Source: Acidobacteriota bacterium (GTDB taxonomy: Bacteria; Acidobacteriota; Thermoanaerobaculia; Gp7-AA8). Taken from it: DNA of 64,000 nt. A program made the position numbers and the translations under genes. Where the stretch lies: contig JAFATB010000006.1 of the NCBI GenBank assembly GCA_019244185.1, positions 128,001-192,000 on the forward strand, written 5' to 3'. Below are positions 57,091 through 64,000 of the stretch, piece by piece. The stretch's first letter is position 1. Each line of letters opens with the position of its first letter. Below the pieces are notes generated by a model. That model was not told the origin of the DNA. It made no database searches and saw only the letters and a program-made list of their open reading frames with translations.

Positions 57091-57633
57091 TCAGGCGGGA
57101 ACGGCGTACTCGAACTGCTTGCGGCCGGCTTCTGACTGTCCTTGCAGCCGCCGCAGGAGGCCAAGGTCGCTTAGCTTCGTCAGGCGTTCGTTGACGGCCG
57201 TAACGGTCAGCGACAGTTTGCTACTCAGCGTTGCGGCGGTCACCGCCGCCTTCTCTTTCGCGATGGCTTCGAACGTCGCCGTGTCTGCGGGGTGCAACTT
57301 GCCGATGAGGACTGGCTTCTTTTTGACGCGTTCGATCATCGCTAAGTTCAAGCTTTCGAGCGCCTTAACAAGGTTCTCACGCGTATACTCCGTGAGGCCC
57401 TCCACGACGATGAAGCGCTGCGGATACATACTTGGCAACGAGAGCAGCAGCTTGCCGAAGAACTCGTTCGCAAACGAGAAGTCGAACGCTTCGACACCCT
57501 TCATGTCGATGACGACGATATCGCCTGAGGCGGCACTCGCAAGGCGATCTTCAACCTGCTCGCGAAGCGGGCGCGCAACGTCGCGGGTCCAAAGCGTCTT
57601 GCCATGCGAAGCGAGCTTGAACCGCTGCTCCAT
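57091..57633 (-). CDS. STAS-like (DUF4325) plus wHTH regulator (CapS-like)
   Basis: VVIDMKGVEAFDFSFANEFFG; C-terminal wHTH LTVTAVNERLTKLSDLGLL. Confidence 0.75.
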   Translation of the reverse strand: MEQRFKLASHGKTLWTRDVARPLREQVEDRLASAASGDIVVIDMKGVEAFDFSFANEFFGKLLLSLPSMYPQRFIVVEGLTEYTRENLVKALESLNLAMIERVKKKPVLIGKLHPADTATFEAIAKEKAAVTAATLSSKLSLTVTAVNERLTKLSDLGLLRRLQGQSEAGRKQFEYAVPA

Positions 57634-57655
57634 CTGCTTCAGTGTATAACGCCCG

Positions 57656-58531
57656 TCAAGGCGCGCGGCGTTTCATGGAGATGGCGATGTGCACACCGGG
57701 CATCGGTGGGACGGTGAAGCGCCACGCCTGCTGCTTGTCTCCCCGGTAGTTGACTTTCCCGTTGCCCGAGCGGATCTGGACGGAGCCTCCATGCTGGGCG
57801 GCAATTCGAAGAAGGTGGTGCAGGCCGGTGCCGCGGGTGGGATCGTCTTGGTGCTGTGACACGCCGAGGCGCATCGCAAGCGCGATGGTGTCTTTGTCTG
57901 CCTGCGGCAAGCGAAGCGTTGGGTTGCGCTGCAATGTTGAACGCAATCCGGCACCAAAATCGGCGACGCCGACCTCGATAAATCGGCCGCCTCGCGGCGG
58001 GTCATAGGTTTGCAGGGCGAGGAATCCGCAGGTGTTCTCGTTGTGGTCGAAGGTGTTCTGCGCAACTTCGGAGATGACGGTCACCACGTCGTAGGCATCG
58101 TTCTTACGGTAGCGGAGGCGTGTCCGTAGTAGGCCAACGATCCGGTCGAGGAGTGTCGGCAGTTCTGCACCATTCGTGATCTTCGTGACTTCGAGCAGGA
58201 GTGGGTTGGAGCCGTGCAAATGATCGAAGCGATGTTGCGAAGCGTCGTCGTACTCGGGCTCGATCGTGGCGATGCCCTCGATCGCCGCGAGGAAACCAGA
58301 CCTGACCAGGTAGGTGCGCACACTTTCGTCTTCAACGCACAATTTGAGCGAGGTACCGCTCTTCCTAACCGCGTGCGCAGCGGCGACAAGTTGCACTAGC
58401 GCAGCCGGCGAGATGAAGCGAGCTTCACGTAGATCGAAGGTGTACTCGCCGCCTGCGAAGGGATTGCATCGCGCGAGGAGTTGATCGAAAGAGATCGCCG
58501 TGAGAGACCGAATGGAATTGTCGGTGCTCAT
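57656..58531 (-). CDS. STAS-like plus GHKL/HATPase kinase (CapK-like)
   Basis: FDLREARFISP; SEVAQNTFDH, ADFGAG, RGTGL, IRSG, PGV. Confidence 0.8.
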   Translation of the reverse strand: MSTDNSIRSLTAISFDQLLARCNPFAGGEYTFDLREARFISPAALVQLVAAAHAVRKSGTSLKLCVEDESVRTYLVRSGFLAAIEGIATIEPEYDDASQHRFDHLHGSNPLLLEVTKITNGAELPTLLDRIVGLLRTRLRYRKNDAYDVVTVISEVAQNTFDHNENTCGFLALQTYDPPRGGRFIEVGVADFGAGLRSTLQRNPTLRLPQADKDTIALAMRLGVSQHQDDPTRGTGLHHLLRIAAQHGGSVQIRSGNGKVNYRGDKQQAWRFTVPPMPGVHIAISMKRRAP

Positions 58532-58537
58532 ACGTTC

Positions 58538-59656
58538 CTAGGGTCGTGACCGGTTCTTGCGTCGGTCTGTTAATGAGACGACTTGTCCTGGGACTTCTGT
58601 GCGGCGAGGCGCCGCTTGTGCGCTGAAGATACGGTTGATCCAGAACAGCGGCAGATGGGCATCGTCGGCAAGCGCACGGTGACTGCGGTCGTCGCGGTAC
58701 GCGAGGTCTGCCATGTAGTGCAGGGCGCGTGGCGCTTCGATCGGGATGTCAACGGGTTCGCACTTTGTCCATCCGCGTTTTCCCAAGTGCATGCGGAGGT
58801 ACTTGTGCTGACGGTCCGAGACGATGTCGAGCTCTCGGGCGCGGTAGAGGATCGCCGACATCGAGACACCCCATCGTGCCTTGAGTTCGGCGAGCTTTGC
58901 GAGTGTCACGGGTCGATGGAGTTCGGCGCGGAATGACTCCTCAGGAAAAAGAAACTCCGCACCGAAAAGATATGCCTCGCGTTCGATATCTTGTTCAGCG
59001 TGAAAGGGATAGTGAAGGACGAGATGCCCAAGCTCGTGTGCGAGGGTCAGGCGGATGCGGTCGCCTGGTCTGCTTCCGTTGACGGCGATGACGGGTTTTG
59101 CGCCTTCGACCCAGATCGAGAATCCGTCAACGTTCTCGATCTCTGTTCTGCTTTCGTGGTCTGGGTCTTCGATGACTTCGGGAAGAAAGAAAACGCGGAT
59201 GCCGCTGCGCTCCAGTCGCGAGACGAGACCGCGTACTGGCCCGGTCGCGCTCAGGCCGAGGAGAGTCCGCGTGAGTCGCGCCGCCTCCTGCGGCTGTTCG
59301 GTGGGCATCTTGCCCAACGCGACGCGTGGGGTCTTGAGGCGTGCGGCGAGGAACTCGTAGAGCTCAAAACTTTGCTGCGCGAGCCGGTGTGATTTGGTGC
59401 GTTCGGCCGCGCGGAGCTTGCTAAATTTGCGATACGAGAGCGAACCAAGCGGGAACTCCCAATCCGGTGCGTTCATGAAGAACTCCGCGGGGAAACTCGT
59501 TGCGCGCGTCAGTCGGCGAAGAAAGTCCGGAGAGGGCATGAGCGCGTCGCGCTCGATCATCGCGACCGTCGCTTGCGCGACGTCGCATTTTTCGGCGAGC
59601 TCGCCTTGCGTCAACCCGGAGAGCTCCCGCGCGTGTCGTACACGATCTCCGATCAC
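58538..59656 (-). CDS. XRE HTH plus ImmA/IrrE (M78) metallopeptidase
   Basis: GLTQGELAE HTH; RLTLAHELGHLVLH, EREAYLFGAEFL, WGVS. Confidence 0.9.
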   Translation of the reverse strand: MIGDRVRHARELSGLTQGELAEKCDVAQATVAMIERDALMPSPDFLRRLTRATSFPAEFFMNAPDWEFPLGSLSYRKFSKLRAAERTKSHRLAQQSFELYEFLAARLKTPRVALGKMPTEQPQEAARLTRTLLGLSATGPVRGLVSRLERSGIRVFFLPEVIEDPDHESRTEIENVDGFSIWVEGAKPVIAVNGSRPGDRIRLTLAHELGHLVLHYPFHAEQDIEREAYLFGAEFLFPEESFRAELHRPVTLAKLAELKARWGVSMSAILYRARELDIVSDRQHKYLRMHLGKRGWTKCEPVDIPIEAPRALHYMADLAYRDDRSHRALADDAHLPLFWINRIFSAQAAPRRTEVPGQVVSLTDRRKNRSRP

Positions 59657-60336
59657 TCCTCGGTTTCCTCGACATCGGCGTCAGGTTCGATTCTGCCGAA
59701 GTCATTGGCGTAGTCTTGGTCTGCAGCATCCGGCACTACTGCTGCCGACGTGCGCACGAGTGTGGCGGCATCAGGAACGCTGATGGCCCACAGCTGTGGA
59801 TACTTCCAGTCGTCGACGTCATCACGATCGTAATCGCTCGGCATCGGGCAGACGAGTTCGAGGGAAACGTCACCGGTGCCATCGACGTCCCAGAGGAGCA
59901 CGAGATTGTGGGCGTTGAAGAACTCCTCCGTGTTGGCGTCGAAGAGGATGCGGTTCTCTTCCAAGAAAGCCTTGCGTGATCCGGATCGGCCAGGCAGTGG
60001 TATGCCGCCTTTTCTGCTCTTCCAGAGCTTGAGTTTTCGCCCGCGATAGAGGATTTCGACGCCGCTCATTGCCATCATGCGTATGCTCGGCGCGGTGTCA
60101 TCATCGGTTACCTCGGTGAGCGTCGCGTCGTACTCTGCTTGACGGAGCAGTCGACAGACATGCCAGCGGACGAGATGGGGAAATAGGTGCGGGTCGAGTG
60201 TGGGGTCACCGTTTTGTTTCTTAGGCGCCCACTCGTCGAAGTGCTGTAGCGCAATCGGTACTGCCTCTTGAAGGAAGCCGTGAATCTTGGAGGGAAGCGG
60301 CTGCAGGTCGTCGAGTGCCCGGATCGCGTCGCTCAT
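59653..60336 (-). CDS. Hypothetical partner of XRE-ImmA/IrrE (candidate toxin)
   Basis: GTGA overlap with the downstream peptidase gene; acidic tail. Confidence 0.7.
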   Translation of the reverse strand: MSDAIRALDDLQPLPSKIHGFLQEAVPIALQHFDEWAPKKQNGDPTLDPHLFPHLVRWHVCRLLRQAEYDATLTEVTDDDTAPSIRMMAMSGVEILYRGRKLKLWKSRKGGIPLPGRSGSRKAFLEENRILFDANTEEFFNAHNLVLLWDVDGTGDVSLELVCPMPSDYDRDDVDDWKYPQLWAISVPDAATLVRTSAAVVPDAADQDYANDFGRIEPDADVEETEE

Positions 60337-60451
60337 GAGGTGTGTTCTCCGGAAGCTGATAATATCAGCTCAAAAGGACACGCGCAAGGACTTCGTGGAC
60401 CAGAGATATCGCGTGATTCGCGCGATCCAGGCCGGTTACCATGCCCAGCTC

Positions 60452-61303
60452 ATGGATCTCGCGGAGGTTCGCCGCATCGCCATCATCGCCATGTTCGCCG
60501 ATGACTATCTTCTCGACCGCGTCGTGCTCAAGGGTGGCAACGCGCTCAGCCTGGTGTACCGCATCGGCACGCGTACGTCTCTCGACCTGGACTTCTCAAT
60601 CGAAGCTGACTTCCCCGATTCCGACGAAGCGCGAGAAAGGATTTTCCGAGCATTGCGGGCACGCTTCGATTCCGCGGGATACGTTGTCTTCGACGAGACC
60701 TTTGGGCCCCGACCGGCTGTCCAACGGCCGGGTCAGTCGCCGCGCTGGGGCGGCTACTCTGTCGAATTCAAGCTGATTGACCGAGGGCGGTTCGATGAAC
60801 TTCATCGCGACGTCGACGCTCTTCGTCGCCAGTCACTCGTTGTCGGCCCCGCACAAGTGCGCATCTTCACGATTGATCTCAGTCGGTATGAGTACTGCGA
60901 GCCGAAGCGAGAAATGGAGCTGGATAACTTCATCATCTACGTCTACACGCCGGAGATGATCGCGATCGAGAAGGTGCGGGCGATCTGCCAGCAAATGCCG
61001 GAGTATCCGCTCATCGTTCATCATCGTCCGCGTGCACGCGACTTCTACGACATCGCTCTCATCGTGAAAGAATGCAAGGTCTCATTCGCGACACAAGAGA
61101 ATCAACAACTCGTGCGCGACATCTTCGCGGCGAAAGAGGTACCGCTGTCGCTCATCGGCCAAATTGCGTCATACCGGGAGTTTCATCGCGCCGACTGGCC
61201 GAAAGTGGAACAGGCAGTCGCGGAGCAACTCCTTCCGTTCGACGACTACTTCGATTTCGTGCTCGCAGAGACTGCGAAGCTACAACCCCTTTGGAAAGAA
61301 TAA
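60452..61303 (+). CDS. abiEii: AbiEii/AbiGii nucleotidyltransferase toxin
   Basis: LKGGNAL...RTSLDLDF, EKVRA, RARDFYDI. Confidence 0.88.
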   Translation: MDLAEVRRIAIIAMFADDYLLDRVVLKGGNALSLVYRIGTRTSLDLDFSIEADFPDSDEARERIFRALRARFDSAGYVVFDETFGPRPAVQRPGQSPRWGGYSVEFKLIDRGRFDELHRDVDALRRQSLVVGPAQVRIFTIDLSRYEYCEPKREMELDNFIIYVYTPEMIAIEKVRAICQQMPEYPLIVHHRPRARDFYDIALIVKECKVSFATQENQQLVRDIFAAKEVPLSLIGQIASYREFHRADWPKVEQAVAEQLLPFDDYFDFVLAETAKLQPLWKE

Positions 61304-62149
61304 CCGCCACTCAGCGTCATACTCGGGGTCGCGCAGACCATGCGCCAAGTAGAAGTCAAACTTCAGCCCGAGATCCTTCAGTCGCCGCCACCGACTCTCC
61401 TCGTATCCAGCGCGCTGCAGGTAGAACCCAATCGCCTGATGGTACGGATACGCGTACTCGAGACGCTTCAGTGTTGCGAGCAGGACATTCACCGAGAGCA
61501 CTGACTTCGCGGCGGCAAAGGCCTCCAAGACGTGAAAGACACCGCCGGCATATGCCGGCCGCACCGTGCTGTCGATGAGCGTCCGCTCCAGCTTCGTGAC
61601 AGCGAGCTTCTCGCCCGTCGGCCCGTCAAGCTCTCCTACCTCCAACCCTCCGGTGTTCTTGCCGGCGATGACGACAATCTGAAAGTCACTGTACGTGTAC
61701 GCGAGATTCGAGACTCGCTGCTGGTTCCGAAAGGCCCGATCGATCCCCTCCTGCGTCAAGCCCCCCCGCGGCGCTGGCTTGGGCGACTGCTCCTGGTTCA
61801 CGTAGATCGTGCGTGGAAGCTCATTCGTGAGGTTGTGGAGAAAGATCGCCGTACCATGCGAGAGGTACGATCCCGGCTTGATAGAGAGCGCAACCTCGTA
61901 CGGACTGGCCGCTCGCCAGATGTACCGCACGACCGGGGCATACGCGTGGGACTCAAGGCGCACCTCCTGCAGCCCGTGCAAACTCAAGAACCGAATGAAG
62001 TCAGCCGTGGTGGTATTCTGGGCGAGTCGCCAGAAACCCCGTTGCTCACGAAGGATGTCCGCGATCTGCCGAGACGAAAGAGCGCGCAAAGGCTGCTTAT
62101 CGAGCTCAGCAAGAATGTCGCGCTTTGCGATCTGAAGCCGGGTGGCCAT
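61280..62149 (-). CDS. abiEi: AbiEi-family antitoxin/regulator
   Basis: YLSHGTAIFLHNLT, VTKLERTLID, AIGFYL. Confidence 0.8.
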   Translation of the reverse strand: MATRLQIAKRDILAELDKQPLRALSSRQIADILREQRGFWRLAQNTTTADFIRFLSLHGLQEVRLESHAYAPVVRYIWRAASPYEVALSIKPGSYLSHGTAIFLHNLTNELPRTIYVNQEQSPKPAPRGGLTQEGIDRAFRNQQRVSNLAYTYSDFQIVVIAGKNTGGLEVGELDGPTGEKLAVTKLERTLIDSTVRPAYAGGVFHVLEAFAAAKSVLSVNVLLATLKRLEYAYPYHQAIGFYLQRAGYEESRWRRLKDLGLKFDFYLAHGLRDPEYDAEWRLFFPKGL

Positions 62150-62168
62150 CAACCCAAGAGTATACCGC

Positions 62169-62198
62169 GTCGCGCTAGGTATATATACCTAGCGCGAC
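62169..62198. promoter_or_regulatory. Perfect 30-bp palindrome 1 (putative operator)
   Basis: gtcgcgctaggtata|tatacctagcgcgac. Confidence 0.8.
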
Positions 62199-62272
62199 AG
62201 GCAATCCGCTCCTCGCTCCGCCGCTCATGAGTTCATCATTCCTCGGCGACTGCTGAGCCCCATGCAGGTCTG

Positions 62273-62302
62273 GTGCTCCTAGGTATATATACCTAGGAGC
62301 AC
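62273..62302. promoter_or_regulatory. Perfect 30-bp palindrome 2 (putative operator)
   Basis: gtgctcctaggtata|tatacctaggagcac. Confidence 0.8.
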
Positions 62303-62349
62303 ACCCATCTTCCACATCATCTCTCACCAGTGTACGACGCTGCCTTCGC

Positions 62350-62428
62350 CTGTCCGAGAACTGTCCGAATCACCCGCGCGAACGTGCGCCGTTCGCGCTG
62401 GCCGACTGTCCGAGTTCTGTGCGAGAAC
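62350..62428. promoter_or_regulatory. Putative integrase arm-type sites (right)
   Basis: ctgtccgagaactgtccga and ctgtccgagttctgtgcgagaac. Confidence 0.72.
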
Positions 62429-62532
62429 CCATCCCGACCCACCCCTAAGCTGCCCGAACCCTAAACTACGCAACATGCTGAGATCGTTGGTGTTAGGTGA
62501 AATCAGCCGGTATGGGAAGGCGGCTTGAACGC

Positions 62533-62580
<48 letters not shown>

Positions 62581-62595
62581 TGAATACAAAGAACT

Positions 62596-62621
62596 TAGCC
62601 CGCCGAAAGGCGGGCTATTTT
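62596..62621 (+). terminator. Rho-independent terminator after attR
   Basis: tagcccgcc-gaaa-ggcgggcta-tttt. Confidence 0.8.
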
Positions 62622-62754
62622 GTTGCTGAAAAGGGCGGTTTGCCAACGTTTTGCCACCGAGTTTTTTCGGGCTCTGAAGGGCACAGTTATTCTTGCCACC
62701 GGATCGCGCGTTTCGGTGGCAAGGTTGAACGCGGCAGTGCGGTCACGCAGTTGG

Positions 62755-63999
62755 TCAGCGGCTGAACTGTTTCAGCGCGTCTTCATCGCGCTCATTGATC
62801 TTCTTCAGCTGCGCAGCCGTCTTGCGTTCCGCGTAGGCGATCATCGCGCGCGGCTGATCCGTCAAGGCACGTCCTAGCCAGAGCGGATCGCCGCGACGGG
62901 TGAGAAGAAGCGGGGCGCCAGAGTTGATGAGCACCTCCAAAAGCGCCCAAGCCTCTGTACCGCGCGAGGTCGCGAGGTCGTCGAGCAACTGCTTCACGCG
63001 TCGATGATGGACCTGGAACCAAACGGCTGACTGCGCGAACCTCCGGACCATCGGATCCACATCTTCAATCGAAAGCCTCGCGACCATCTCCGAAGCGAAG
63101 TCGTCGAACCACCCGGCGACCTGCGCTCCGGCTGCTCGAACAAACGCGTCGTCGCCCATGAGCATTTTTCCGATGCGCGTGGTGACCTTCGGTTCCTGCT
63201 GGAGCCTACGTAGCGCACGACAGATGTACGGGCGAATCAACGAACTGCGCTCGTGCGGCAAATGTCCCAAAAGCACTTCCGCTCCACGCAGCGCGTCGAT
63301 ATCGATCAGCAAGTCTGGATACGGCGTCCGATCGCCGGTGCTCGACAGAGCAGCGTAAGCCATCTCGAACGCCACCGTCGGCTGCCGATGAATCAGTCCA
63401 CGGATTGCGCCGCAGCGGCCATCGGAGCGTGGGTTTGCTGCGTCGACGAGCAGCACGTCCGTCGCCTCCTCGTTGTCGAGATAGCCGATGGCGTCGTAGA
63501 ACGCGGCCGTCGAACGCCAGAAGTAGCGGTGCTCGCGTTGTGCGAATCGCCACACCACCTCGGCCAGCCGAGTGCGGCCCGACTTGATCACCATCCGCGC
63601 TACAATCCACGCCAGATCGTCGGAGATCCGGAGTGGATCGAGCGCGAGAAGCAACTGCTCGAGCTCATCGAGTGCTTCATCCGTTCCGATCGCGCGCAGA
63701 GCATACGCTACGGACACCGCCTCACGAAGGAAATCGAGCCGGCGGATCGTTGCTACGGGGGTGCTTTCGTCAGTGAGCATCCGGACTGCTGTCAGCACGG
63801 CGCCTTCATCCTCGTAGGGAATACTGCTCAGTGCGAGATCGACGAGCATTTCCACCAGATCCGAGCGTCCGGATACAGCCAGGATTTGGCTCACGCGCGA
63901 ACGCGCTTCAGGATCCTTCAACGCTGCGACCATCGGAGCGATCTCGTCATCTGTCGCCGGAGGTAAATCGACGAGAAGTTCCGCGAGCTCGTCATCGAC
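62755..63999 (-). CDS. HEAT/ARM-repeat protein, C-terminal part (frame open past the window end)
   Basis: Helical repeats (VRAAGAQVAG, DVDPMVRRFA); no stop between 63933 and the window end. Confidence 0.7.
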   Translation of the reverse strand, partial: VDDELAELLVDLPPATDDEIAPMVAALKDPEARSRVSQILAVSGRSDLVEMLVDLALSSIPYEDEGAVLTAVRMLTDESTPVATIRRLDFLREAVSVAYALRAIGTDEALDELEQLLLALDPLRISDDLAWIVARMVIKSGRTRLAEVVWRFAQREHRYFWRSTAAFYDAIGYLDNEEATDVLLVDAANPRSDGRCGAIRGLIHRQPTVAFEMAYAALSSTGDRTPYPDLLIDIDALRGAEVLLGHLPHERSSLIRPYICRALRRLQQEPKVTTRIGKMLMGDDAFVRAAGAQVAGWFDDFASEMVARLSIEDVDPMVRRFAQSAVWFQVHHRRVKQLLDDLATSRGTEAWALLEVLINSGAPLLLTRRGDPLWLGRALTDQPRAMIAYAERKTAAQLKKINERDEDALKQFSR

Positions 64000-64000
64000 C

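Noticed and set aside
57028-57646. cttcagtgta repeated upstream of two minus-strand genes
   Set aside because: Only 10 bp; could be -10 boxes (TACACT) or chance, so too weak to call an operator.

Overview
Bacterial window, probably Acidobacteriota/Thermoanaerobaculia (inferred from very high GC and a secreted protein ending in an RRR-type tail). It has three parts. (1) 1-16.1 kb is the distal part of a type VI secretion locus: hcp (partial), tssE, tssF, tssG, tssH/clpV, a lytic transglycosylase, vgrG, PAAR and a MORN/YwqK protein. It also holds three predicted cargo genes that share (V/I/M/A)Q(R/P) motifs (DUF4157-deaminase, DUF4157-short Cys/His peptide, repeat-leader HNH-like toxin), interleaved with two SAM methyltransferases and without adjacent immunity genes. 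(2) 16.1-24.4 kb holds ordinary chromosomal genes: PKD lipoprotein, FadL-like outer membrane protein, BrxA/B, M48 peptidase, sugar dehydrogenase, SDR, ECF sigma and anti-sigma. (3) A ~38 kb genomic island is integrated in tRNA-Met(CAT), with a 48-bp att duplication at 24429-24476 and 62533-62580 and matching arm-type repeats. The island carries two tyrosine integrases (one of archaeal type). Each is linked to a DUF87/HerA/VirB4-like ATPase fused to a wHTH plus PD-(D/E)XK (Replic_Relax-like) domain, and the first sits in a tightly coupled 10-gene operon of unknown function. The island's right end is a defence cluster: Schlafen/AlbA_2, a Bub-type ubiquitination-like operon, a STAS-kinase/STAS-wHTH pair, an XRE-ImmA/IrrE pair and a convergent AbiE pair with two perfect 30-bp palindromes. 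A further accessory element appears to begin after attR. All family assignments come from motifs read by eye; no database search was run.
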